NCBI GenBank assembly: GCA_030265395.1
Contig: JARFYF010000022.1
Location: forward strand, 21,725,442-21,787,232
Length of the DNA stretch: 61,791 bases
Reading direction: 5' to 3'
Source of the DNA: Rhina ancylostomus
Taxonomy: Eukaryota
Each line of letters begins with the position of its first letter. Position 1 is the stretch's first letter. The position numbers were made by a program, and so were the translations under genes. The notes beneath the pieces were generated by a model, which was given only the letters and a program-made list of their open reading frames with translations, had not been told where the DNA came from and searched no databases. Positions 49,925-61,760 of this stretch are shown here, piece after piece.

Positions 49925-51347
49925 TGTGATACAAGTGAACAAATTACCTTGTCCAAGCAGGATGCATCTTAGGCTGCTATGGGAAGTAAGGGATGAAATT
50001 GTAGAGGCTCTAGTCATAATCTTCCAAACTTCTGTAGATTTGGGGATGGTGCCTGAGCACTAAAAAAAAGTTACACCTCTGTTGAAAAAGACTGCAGGGA
50101 TGAACCCAGTAAATAGGCATCAGTCAGTTTAATTTCATCGCTTGGCAATGTTGTAGTAACAATAATCACAGACTGAATTAGCATTTACTTAGAGAAGTGT
50201 GGACTAGAGCAGCAAATTTTGTCTAACTGGTTTGATAGAGTTTATTGACGATGTAACAGAGCGTTGATGGGGAAATGCAGTTGCTGTCGTACGTTTGGAC
50301 TTTCGGAAGGTGCTGCAGAATATGCATGTCATCGTTTCCGAGGGCCATGGAGATAAAGTGGGGGGGCTACGTGAAACAGGGCTGAAGGATAGTGTACTGG
50401 CATTCCCAGTAGCAGGGTCACTACTTTTCTTAATATATATTAACGACCTGGACTTGGATGTATCAAGGACAATTTCCAAATTTACAGTTACACAGACTTG
50501 GAAACAGTGAAATAGACAGTAGTAGTCTTCAAGGAAATACAGACAGGCTGGTGAAATATAAAAAAAAGTGGCTGAAGGAACATAATGCTGGGAAATGTGA
50601 AATGCTGCAGTTTGGTAGGAAGAATGAGAAATGTCAATATAAACTAGACATCATGATTCTAAAGTGGGCACAGGAACAGTGAGATCTGGGAATGTAGATG
50701 CAGAGTTTGTTGAAAGTGTTACAGGTTGAGAAATCAGTTTAAAAAAAATAGACAGGATCATGGACTCTTTCTGAACAAGAGTCAATAAATCATGATGAAC
50801 CTATTATAAAACACTGGTTCAGCCACATCAGTATCCTTTTTTTTCCCAGGTGTTGCACTTTTAGAAAGATATTAAGGCTTTAGATAAAGTACAAAAGAGA
50901 CTTACAGAAAGATTCCATGGAAGAGGGACTTTAGTTAGCTGATAGACTAGAGAAGATGGGTTTGTTCTCATTGAAACAGAGGCAATTGCAAAGGGATCTG
51001 TTAGAATTACTTAAAATTATGCAGGGTAAACACACAGTAGATAGGGGGTAACTTATCCCATTGGTAAAAAGGTCAAGAACCAGGGGACATAAAATGAAAG
51101 AGATTGGCAAAAGAATCAAAAGTAACATGAGGGAAAACTTCTTTTGTGCAGCAAGGGGTTAGTGTCTGCCTTGCATCCCCAGCTGTGGCAGTGAAGGCAG
51201 GTTCAGTCAGAGCTCTCAGAAGGGAGCAGTATCTGAGAGGATGGCATTTGCAGGGCTGTAGGCTGGAGAGGGAAACTAAGTGGGTCTTGCATGGAGCAAC
51301 TATGGACTTGATGGGACAAATAACCTTTCCTGTAACCATTCTGTGAT
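49925..51347 (+). mobile_element. Old CR1 ORF2 RT/3' region
   Basis: LDFRKVLQ, LIYINDLD, ISKFT, KCEMLQFGRKN, RTRGHK; tail atggacttgatgggacaaataacctttcctgtaaccattctgtgat. Confidence 0.8.
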
Positions 51348-52305
51348 ATTTTTTTTCCTTGTGGCAGATACCATGTATCTGGGAAGCACACATGTACTCA
51401 GGGATTCTGAATTGCCAGATATTTTCCATGGTCAGAGGGATGGACTCTGGAAGACAAAGGTTTCCCATTACTCCTTTGGCTTCTCGTACCTACAGTATTT
51501 TCTGACCTCCACTATAGTGAGACCAGTGGAACCACCCAAATCGTTTTGGGAAACACCATGTGGCCTTTTGAGAATGTGCTTCCAGTTTCTACATCAGCCT
51601 GGGGGTGCCCTGTAGTATAAGCCCAGCAGATGCAGGGAGTTTATTGTTGTGTGTTACATGCTGCTCAACTTGGCAATTCAAAGACAGCAGCCAGTGCCAG
51701 AGGAAGAGCAGCATCCAGACACACAGCCTGTGGGACATGAGGCACAATCTGAAGAGCAGCAGGGGAGAGAGGAAGTCTGTAGCACATGCTGTTTGCTGTG
51801 TTGATAGACCATGTATGCATCATCTGTGCAATGTCAGACTTGAATAGCGTGAATTAATGTCTGTCAGTCAGCTTGGCTCCAAGTCTGGAGTTTGAAGCTG
51901 CAGTGGAGCAGAGTGAATGCCAGCAGACCTTTGCGCTTCTGTCTACTCAGGCCCGAGAGGTTAACTGGGGTGCTAGACATTCCCCCTCATGAGGGTCCCA
52001 AGCCCCCTCCTGTCATTGCCTCTTGGGCAGCATGCTCAACATGTCCCACATTTAGCTGTTCCAAACAGTTCCTCTTGTTGACCCTCGGCAACAGCCTGAA
52101 GCTGGTCCCAGCAAGAGCTGGTTGCACACCATTAAGGACAACTGACTGCACTTGGAGGGAAAGGGTGCAGCCTTCGAGCAGCCAGACTGCAGCCACATTG
52201 AGGCACTACAAGATGGTGCTTGGGCATATATATATTCTTATATGTAATGGAATGGGAAAGGCTCCAGACGTTTTATTTTGCTCAATATGGAATGACTTGG
52301 ATATT

Positions 52306-52583
52306 AGATATGTATTTACTAGTCATGTACACAGTGAAATGGGTCTTTTTGCATTGCTGAGAATGTGCTGGGGGCAGCCTGCAAGTGTCGCCACTCTTCT
52401 GGCACCGGCGTAGCATGCCCACAGCTCCTAACCTGTATGTCTTTGGAATGTGGGAGGAAACTCGAGCACCCAGAGGAAACCTACACAGACGTGGAAAGAA
52501 CGTACAAACTCCTTACAGTGGCAGAATTGAACCCAGGTTGCTGGAGTATAATAGCATTACGCTAACCACTACACCACTGTGCC
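52306..52583 (-). mobile_element. V-SINE (Rex1/Babar-tail subfamily), full length
   Basis: Reverse head ggcacagtggtgtagtggttagcg...gggttcaattc, V-domain, and the same tail as 19233-19330. Confidence 0.88.
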
Positions 52584-52634
52584 ACTCCATGGTATAATTC
52601 ATTTTTACACTGTTATTTCCATATTTCCATTTGA

Positions 52635-52745
52635 CATAGAAGGAGACCATTTGGCCCATTGAGTCTATGCCAGATCTCAGAGCAATCCCATTCCTCCACT
52701 TTGTTTCCCTGTAACCTATTCTCTCACACATGCCCATCAACTGCC
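52635..52745 (-). mobile_element. CR1-tail SINE/LINE 3' fragment
   Basis: agaaggagaccatttggcccattgagtctatgccag. Confidence 0.55.
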
Positions 52746-54529
52746 AAGAGATTGAGCAGAGCTCAAGACTAGTCAGTTTCTTGTTTCCATGAGGATGCCA
52801 CCAATTTTCCATTTAAGGTTGCTGTTGATACTTTCCAGTGGATTTTGGATTTTTTGTATGAAGCCCTATAAATGATTCATGAGAGTCCCACTGGGGAACA
52901 AACAGGTGTTAGCAAAGTTTTTGCAGCATTTTAATCATTCTTCAGATATTATAGATTGAAAACTTGTTCGAGGCTAAGTTGTCCTGACTTTCTCATAACA
53001 GTAGTTACTTTCTGAAGCTCTTAATTCATCTGGTGATTTTATCCCAGATAATCTATCAGAGTGATATCTTCCCCCGCCCATCTATGTTTCCAACAGACAG
53101 ATAATAGAATTACTGCTGACTTCTGCTGGTGACTGACAAGGAATCCCATCCCTGACAGCAGTGTCCACATGTCTGAGAGATTTTACCTCTGAGGTAAAAA
53201 TCTGCAAGCTGTAAACATCTGTTCATTGAAGCTTTCCCTTTTATCTAAAATCTGCAAATTCTTTGTCCCCTGACCTGAGCAAACAGGACTTCAGCTCTCT
53301 CTCCCATCTTCTGTCTGCTCTTTGATGCCACAATTTTCAATTACATTTTAGATACAATTTTGTTTGTTACAATGGGATTACACTTGCACTGGATTTTGGG
53401 TATGAAGGCAGTTTCAATGTAATTACATATGTACAATAGAATTAAATTTTGGGTGTGAAAATACATATCTCAAGATTTCCTAGTGTAGGTAGTTCTGCTA
53501 TAATGTGTGTTTCCATTATACAACTTGGTTACGATGCGATTGATGGATTAGGGGATTCTATTTGCATTACATGGGCTCCTTTGATTATAGTGCGATCGTG
53601 CTCGAGAAAACCTGTGGAATAGTTACGACCACAAGTGCTGTACAGGAGCTGGCATCTATTTATAAGTTTTATTCTGCACACAAAGCCACACATAAGTGTA
53701 AATCTAGATTCCTCCACCTCCACACCCCTTCCCCAACTGCTCTTCCACCCTGCCTTTAAACATTTCATACATGGTTGTCATTGCAGGCTTGCCAATACAC
53801 CAATCATGTCCATCAGCCTCCATCTTTTAGTTGAACCTTCAAAATGCTTATCCGTATGCTCTGGAGGTCATATGTGAGTCCTTACTCTCCAGGGAGCTGG
53901 CAACCAGACTATCTTTCTGTCCTATTGTCCTGGCGACAAGCCATATGTCCTGTGACTCACTCTACACAGATACCACACATTGTTAATTTCAGAACTGATA
54001 ACTCTTGGTATTTAGTAGCTGAGACTTGGCCAAAAGGGAAGTTCTTGACTATCTGAAAAGGATTGAGGGAGAGTTGTACTGAGGATTGTGTCTTATATGC
54101 AGCTAATAGATGCTTGAGGAATAGGAGTAGGTATGACCATTCTGATATCTTCAATGGATTCAATCCTATTAGTGGTCACTCACTCATAGTGGCTGCATAA
54201 GAAAGAGTCTGCACTCTCCAAGCCAGTGAGCCAAGGAACAAGGTCGTGCCTTGTGTGGTTTATGCCTGCAAGCATTGATAATACTCCACTTTCTCCTATA
54301 AGAGAGAANNNNNNNNNNGCAAAGGGTTAGTGAGTGCATTTCAAAATGGGTGATGTGTCCATGAAACATTAGGTGTATCTTTAAGTTATTAGACAGTAGT
54401 ATGAGTCTGGGAGTAAAGGGGTGAGCATGAAGAAGTGGGTGCATATGAATATAAGTAGAAGTCTTATTTGATAATGACTGTTGTTGGATGAATGATGAAA
54501 TATTCCTTGGAGCAGCATGTGAGGCTCTA

Positions 54530-54840
54530 GGTGCATTTGTGGGGAGATGGTATCTGCCATTGTCTTTGTTGACCTTGACCACATGTGAGGTTAATAAATG
54601 TCCTGCATCTATGGCCTTAGCTTCTTGATCCTGACATTACTCTTACCTTTCTACTGCTTCACTACAGATCTGCAGGGCTTCTTGAACCCTTGCAAATCGT
54701 CCCAGATCCAAAAAATTAGGGTACGTGCTCCTGCCAGTGCTCAGAAATCATTCCACAGTCTTGAGAAGATTAGACTTTCATCTTTAAAAGATGCAGTTAA
54801 TGCTTTCAATCAGCATAAAATGGAGCAAGCCATTGTGCCC
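54530..54840 (-). mobile_element. Harbinger-associated Myb/SANT-like ORF relic
   Basis: Minus aggccatagatgcag...tttattaacctcacatgtggtcaag resembles the RTWMQC..FNDLTRVVK motif; recalled from memory, weak. Confidence 0.35.
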
Positions 54841-56640
54841 TATGTACTCCCATTAAGTCAATAATCAGTGCGTTTAACACTGCCTGGATGCTAAAACCCT
54901 GATGACGAGATGGCAGCATGAATTTTGTGTGTGGCCTATGGCAGGTTAAATGGGCAACGGTTAATAATGCATTTTGATCCCTGCATCTTCAATAACATTC
55001 AGTTTAGACCCCATTATCTCTTTATAGCAATCTGTAAAAAATGATTCAGGGTTGTTCAAATGTCACGTATGTAATAAATTTCATTTCAATTCATTATGCC
55101 AGTCAGGAGGTTACTGTTAGAAATGCATTTTCTGTACTTATTGATGGCACCTGGGTTTACCACTGAAGCATTTTTCTGAATAATATAAATAGAATTATGT
55201 CATCTTGGGAATGTCACCTAACGACAAGTTCTGATAACCTCAAAAAAACCTCAGTTGTTGTAAGGTCAACACAAGAACCCAGACATGAAGAGAACATTAT
55301 ATTCTTTCCCGACTGTGTATTGTTTTTAAACATTATTAAAATGAAATGATACTTATAATACTTGGGAACAGGGCCAGAACGTGACAGGTGAAATACAGAG
55401 AAACTGTAGTGAGATCCTTGCCACAAGGTATCCTTGTAATGTGAATCATGTTGTCCTTTCAGTAGTTGAGCTCAAAAGGGAGCTGCCTCAAACTTGATCT
55501 GTTGCTGCTGGTATTTATTTTTATTGCACTGTTAATCCAGAACTCCATGCTAGCAATTACATGCTTCTAGATCTTTTTTGCTGCATATGAAACTGATGAC
55601 TGTCTAACCTCCATAATGTGCTTTTTTAAAGTGTTCTATAAAATAAAAACCTGGAAAGCACTGTATTCCAGTTCATCCAGTTCAGTAATTTAGACCAAAG
55701 ACATCTTCACCATTGTATTTACCAAAAGCAAAGAAACTCAAACTTAATTTACAATGCATATTGTACAAGTTGATATGCCTCTTTTTAATAAACATACCTT
55801 TGTTTCAGTATATAGTCAAGATTGTTTGTACAACTTGAACATTTATCATTTGTTGCTTTATAACCTACTATTTTAAAGAATTTAATTTTTGCAGAGTATC
55901 TGGCCTAAGAATTCTTTTGTGAAATGTAGTGATCATTGAGTACAAGGCAAAGGAATGAATCACCTGGCTGCATCTGAGCATGGAAGTCAAATATTATGTA
56001 GCGCACATTTGGAATGCCACTTGAGCAAACAACATTTGTATATTCAAGGCCCATGAACAACATTGACCACTGGAAAGGTGAGACCTAATTTGCCATAAGT
56101 TAATGGGGACCTGCCTTACCTAACTCATTGCTATTAATTCTGCAAAATAGATCTATTCAAATGCATCCCTTCATCCCATCCACTGCCACTGTCATTTGGT
56201 GGTTTGACCACTGACACTACCCTACTCCTCCTTGTTCCCTGGATCCTGGCCCAATCATGTGTCTGCCCTAATGTGAATCCCAAGCACCAGTCTGTGTGTT
56301 AGACCTCCAATGCTGTTCTTCCAATATTGCCCTGCAAATTATTCTTTGTCAAGTGCTTATCTAGATTCCTTTTGAAAGCTCTGACTTATTCTGTTACCAT
56401 CATCCTTAAAGAGAGAACCTTTTCAATCTCATAACCATTTCCTGTGCAAATATTTTTTCCTTTCACTTCCTTGAGTTTTGTTTCAAAACTTTTTAAATGT
56501 GTGGATCCATCTGCTAATGACAAGAGCTTCTTTCTGATTACCCAATCCAAGCCACTCATGATCTTGTGCACTTCCATCAAATCCCCTCTCAGACATTTTT
56601 GTTATTCCAGGGAAAACAACCCCAACTTCTTCAGTCCAAT

Positions 56641-56790
56641 GAAGACATAAGTGACTGCAGATGCTGGACACTAGGGCAAAAAAATAAGATGCTGGAGGAA
56701 CACAGTGGGTCAGAAAGCATCTGCAGAGGAAAATAGACAGTCAACATTTCAGGTTGAGACCCTTCATCTAGATTTTTTCACTTTCTTTCT
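56641..56790. mobile_element. Penelope-derived element arm with hammerhead relic
   Basis: gactgcagatgctgg...gatgctggaggaacacag...agcatctgcagagg...cagtcaacatttcaggttgagacccttcatc. Confidence 0.8.
56738..56774 (-). ncRNA. Degenerate minimal type I hammerhead ribozyme motif
   Basis: Minus: aatc-TAGATGA-agggtctcaacct-GAAA-tg-tt-gactg; GAAA intact, CUGANGA box mutated. Confidence 0.5.
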
Positions 56791-58857
56791 CCAGTCTAAA
56801 CCTGTAGCAGAAATCCCTTAGCCTTAGAAGCATTCTAGTAAATCTTGCCTACACCCACATTAGGACCTTCACTTCCTTCCTAATTAAGTGATCAGATTGG
56901 ATGCCAACTATTATTTGTATTGTAACCAATATTTTATACAGACTTAGTGTAATTTTCCTGCTTTTGTCCTCTGCACTTCTATTAATGAATTCCAGAAACC
57001 ATATGGTTTCCAACACTCCCTTAGCAACTCTACCAAAAAAAATTATTTAATTAGAGTAACATGTAGGCACTTACTAGTGCTGACCATAAAGTCACAAATT
57101 CAGATTGCTTTAGCTCTCTCTGAAGCTTTGTTTGTGAGTACATTATATTAATCCCAGGCCAGTGGCTTCTGTGTGATACATTCCATCTCAGAAAAGTGGT
57201 TAAGAGTACTCTCTTTTCATTTTGTGTCTTTTGTAGGCCAGTTCAGAAACACCAGTGCTTCCCTGCTGAAAGCAAACATATAACAGATTCACCATGGAAA
57301 TGTGTCCCTTACTTAATACATGAAAATTATCTGCACCTCAGGTTCTGAGAACTGAATAGAAAATATCCCCATGTTGCATTGCCCTACTCAACTCAGCTAG
57401 TAGGAGTAAGACACAATGGATTAATTTCTTTCCCGTGGCCCGATCTCCTATTGCGGTCACTGTGTTGTTGTGTGGCACTCTGTTTAGCTGCCTAGTTCAG
57501 AATTGCTAGATTACTGTCCTGTCACTGAATACCTCAGTACTGCAAGGATTTAGAATATCAATAAAAGATAATTAGAGTGCAGAGAAAAGCTGCAGTCTGG
57601 GAATTAATTAACACCATTAACAATCAGACTCATAAGAAACACACAAAGAGTGAACCTTTTGTTTATCGTGCTCTCTGATAATCTTCGACAATATTTTTCA
57701 CAGCATACAGAAAGTGACAAGAAAGATTGCTTAAACATTTCAAAAAAACCTGCAAATTAAGAAAAGCATTTGAGCAAGGCTCAAGCATCAATGTTCTTCA
57801 ACTAATTATCTAACATAAAAAGAGAAACTTCCCCTCTTTCTTCCTCGGCCCCTCCGTAGAATTTTCTGGGTCTTTGCTAATGTACAATAGGCCATATGTT
57901 TGCCATGACCAGACTTCATGCCTTGACTGGTTTTTTTAACTCTGTGCAGATAGGCTCATTGCTCGATCCCACCTCAGTCAAGTTTCAGTTCTTTTGACTT
58001 CAGCTGATCAAATACCTGTTTAGCAGCCACTTCCAATAGTCAATTCCCTGGAATTTCTCAGTGTTCCCATGAAATGTCACATATATACAACTGCATACAC
58101 ATGCACACCTAACAATCACTCCTGTTCTCCATCTGATCCTCACCAACAGAGATTTCCTCATCTCCAAGATGTTGCAGCTCCTGGTGACCTTCCAAGTCAC
58201 TGTCCCCTGTTCTTTAGTACTTCCTAACTATAAGGCTCTAACACTGTGCTTGGATTTGTTTTTTAGCATTACCAAAATTAAATCTCCCAAAAATTCCACT
58301 TCTGATTTCTGTTCTCCATGCTGGCTGATGACTTCATTGCCTTTCAGTCCTTTATTTTTTAGTTCCATTTTATCTCCTCTAATTGTGCATTGTAGCTGAT
58401 CCCTCTTATGACTCTATATTGTCCTTGACCCATTGTAACATCAATAGGAAACCCCATCTGTTCTGGCTTTCTCTGCCCCTGCCCACTGCCCTGGTGTTCA
58501 CACCATGGCCCACGCCCTATTCTGGGCACTTGATATCCTCTTGGTCATGACTTATTTTTCAGACAAAAAGAGATTCTTTATCACTTTGTCACAGAAATTC
58601 CTGGCTGGTTTCCTCCAGTTGAGTACCTCAATATTATATTGCCTGGTCTCTGATATGGTTTATTTGTTGAAGGCTTTAAACAGCAAAAACTGCAATTTCA
58701 GTAAAAGAATATGTGGATGAGGCACGTAGACTGTAGGAAAACAATGAGTTGTGGGAGAAAAAGAAAGATTGATAAACAAGGAATATTACCCAACAGATGA
58801 AAAACACGGTGATGCTGGAGGAACTCAGGCCAGGCAGCATCCTTGGAGAAAAACAGG

Positions 58858-58895
58858 CAGTTAATATTTTGGGTCAGGACCCTTCTTCAGGACTG
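58858..58895 (-). ncRNA. Degenerate minimal type I hammerhead ribozyme motif
   Basis: Minus: cagtc-CTGAAGA-a-gggtcctgaccc-AAAA-ta-tt-aactg; CUGANGA and stem II intact, GAAA changed to AAAA. Confidence 0.6.
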
Positions 58896-59014
58896 AAGAT
58901 AGGAAAAGGGGAAGCCCAAGAAATAGGAGGGGAAAAGCAGAGCAGTGATAGGTGGACAAAAGAGTGGAGGCGGGGTGGTCACAGGGTGGTGATAGGTTGC
59001 TGCAGGTAAGAGAT

Positions 59015-59262
59015 GGGGCGGCACGGTAGCGTAGCGGTCAGCATGACACTATTACAGCTCCAGCGATTGAGGTTCGAATCCCATCGCCGTCTGTAAGGAG
59101 TTTGTATGTTCTCCCATGTCTACGTGGGTTTCCTCTGGGTGCTCCGGTTTCTTCCCACATTCCAAAGACGTACAGGTAGGTTAACATGGGTTTAAAATGT
59201 GCGGTGCAGACTCTTTGGACCAGAAGGTCCTGTTACCATGCTGTAAATAAATAAATACATTT
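59015..59262 (+). mobile_element. V-SINE (tRNA head, CR1-tail subfamily), full length
   Basis: A box TAGCGTAGCGG 59027-59037, B box GGTTCGAATCC 59071-59081, V-domain, CR1-like tail ttggaccagaaggtcctgttaccatgctg(taaa)3; possible TSD agat. Confidence 0.92.
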
Positions 59263-60019
59263 AGATAGTGATAGGCAGGTGTGGGGGAGGAGGGGAGAGC
59301 AGATCCACCCAGGATGGGTCAAAGGTAAGGAGAAAGGGTAAAAAAAAAGGCTCAGAAAGGGAAGAAACATGGTGGTGGGGTTGGGGTTGGAGGGTGGTTC
59401 TCTGAGATATTACCCAACGGCCTTGGAGAACATAGGAAGAAAAGTTGGAGGTGAAAGCAGTATAACAGAAACAGATGTGCTGGTATGGAAAGGAAGAACT
59501 GCAATTTAGCAAAGAAGCAAAGAGCTTTTGGGAAAAGATACCTTTTGCATTTAATATGTCATAACCATTATGGAATTTGAATGTTGTTATCAGAAATGCA
59601 ATGATTTTAACATATCTGTATGCTAGAGTAACTCTTGGTAGTTAATTTTTAAATTGTGTTTCACTATTAACTATTTGCAATGTGTTAAAAGTGTTGAGGT
59701 TGNNNNNNNNNNNNNNNNNNNNNNNNNNNNNNNNNNNNNNNNNNNNNNNNNNNNNNNNNNNNNNNNNNNNNNNNNNNNNNNNNNNNNNNNNNNNNNNNNN
59801 NNTAAAAGTGTTGAGGTTGTAATTTTTTGTTAATGATAGGGCAAGCAGAAATCACATCCCAAACATCTGCCTTCTGAGGTGGATATAAAAGACCGGATGC
59901 ACAATTTGAATGCATGTAAGGTGGTTCCCCGGGGTTCTAATCAATTTTTACCTCTCAGCCAACATGATTAGCATCTAACTAAATTGTATCTTTTCTTCTT
60001 TGCTGTTTAGGAGTTTTCT

Positions 60020-60143
60020 GTTTTCAAATTTGCTGCCTTATTTCTCACATTGCAAAAGAGTCTACACTTCAAAAGCACGTAATTAGTGGGAAAGCAGCTT
60101 GAGGTGCTCTTATGTTTCAAAAAACATTATATAAGTGCAAATC
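60020..60143 (+). mobile_element. SacSINE1/DeuSINE 3' relic
   Basis: aaatttgctgccttatttctcacattgcaaaagagtctacacttcaaaagcac...attatataagtgcaaatc. Confidence 0.65.
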
Positions 60144-61760
60144 ATATTTTTTTATTGTTGTAGTATAAAGGAGAAACAAAGACATGCTTCTTTTTGTGAT
60201 GCTCATTATCCGGTTACATAGGTTGGCATGAGGCGATTACATTTATGATTAAATTAATGTATTTTTCATCCATAATTAAGAATATTACCTGTGATCAAAT
60301 GAAAATAACTTAAATGTGTGATAAATTCCAAGGAATATTTAAATTCTTCATCCTTCCCAGGAAACAGCTTGGTTGCAAATGATTTCAAAATGATCAAACG
60401 CAGCGCAGACTATAATGGTTCATGTGACATTGCAAATGACATGTCGCAGAAGGCAGTTTGAGCTGAATTGATAATAAGAGTAAGATTGAATGGATATTGC
60501 CGAGGTTTGTTTTAATTTGACTTTGGAATTGGGGAGAAAACATATTTTTTCTCAAATGTGTCAGATTGAAACCAGTTATGAATTTTTTTTAGATAAGTGG
60601 TTGAGTGATTATGGATGAACTTCCTACGTTTACCATCTCAGCACCAGTGATCAAAATGTAAATGTATAATGGATTAATAAGCATATTGAGCTATTAATAA
60701 CAAGCTAATTCAAGCCCCTTGTACAAACTGGATGAGTTAATCTGCAGTCTGTGGAAGAAATTTGCTAAGCTGCCTTTCTCCACAGTCAGAGCTGTTGTAT
60801 TGTTGCAGTAATCAACATAAGTACTTTGGTAGAAAGGAAGGATTTTGGAAAGCAGGAGTAGGCAGATCATTTGCATGTGCACTACAGCACTGTAGAAGTG
60901 AGGATACATAAACAAAACCATAAATAAATCTCAAACCCTTGGCAAGTACATATTTCTTCTAAAATGACTCACCCTTACAAAGAAATTATGCTTGAGGTTT
61001 TACAAACTTTAATGTTCTTCTCTTGCCACCCACTCCCAACCTGCTTCCAGCCCAATTTTTAAAGCTATGGCATGATGTAGGAGCAACTCAGGCCTCCTGG
61101 ATTTCTTATCTAAAATTGAAGTGATGTAATGTATTTCCTTGAATATTCCGTTTGTCCTGGTGTCCAAATGCCAAAAATCTCCTTGGTTCAGTCAGCTGCA
61201 GCTGCATATCTAAATGTTGCTGATGTTCAAAAAGAATTAAACATATTAATAATAGGAAAACAGTAATTATTAAAAACAATCATGAATATAGGAGAAACTA
61301 AAATACTTAAATTGTTCAATAAAATCAAATGTTTTGTTTTTCAAAAAATTCTTAAATCCATAGTTCCTCATAACAGTTCCCCTCCACTGAAATTGATGGG
61401 GTAGATTGTCCAGGTGTAACCTGGCACAGGTTGGATTAAGTGGTGGGGAATCTCTTCAACTTTGTGCTCCTATGCCAGTAAACAGCTGTCCACAACTTAG
61501 GGACCTCTATGGCCATGCAGCATGTACAGAGATCTTGAATTTCCCTGAACTTGTATGGGCAAATGCCAGCAATTATGTATAAACCGTCTGTATTTTCCAT
61601 CAAATCTAGGCCAGTCTCTTTAATACATAAAACAATTTTTAAATGACATTCAATGTCCTAGGTCTGTCATCTATTGGTTGTTTTGATATCAGTCAAAAAT
61701 TCCTTAGATGCAACAACTTTAAAAGCATCTGAGATATCTCTAGTGCATTATTAATGGATG

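Larger units (their letters stand above)
56248..57030 (-). mobile_element. Old CR1 3' fragment interrupted by a Penelope-derived arm
   Basis: ctcatgatcttgtgcacttccatcaaatcccctctc, gaaaacaaccccaacttc, gcattctagtaaatctt. Confidence 0.7.
58797..59400 (-). mobile_element. Penelope-like element terminal region, interrupted by a V-SINE
   Basis: gatgctggaggaactcaggccaggcagcatc...gacccttcttcaggactg followed by a purine-rich gataggt-containing stretch that resumes after the SINE. Confidence 0.7.

Noticed and set aside
51892-52413. 173-aa plus-strand ORF
   Set aside because: Runs from probable transposon debris into a SINE; no domain recognised
59015-59085. tRNA gene (A and B boxes)
   Set aside because: No complete cloverleaf or terminator; it continues into the V-domain and LINE tail, so it is a SINE head
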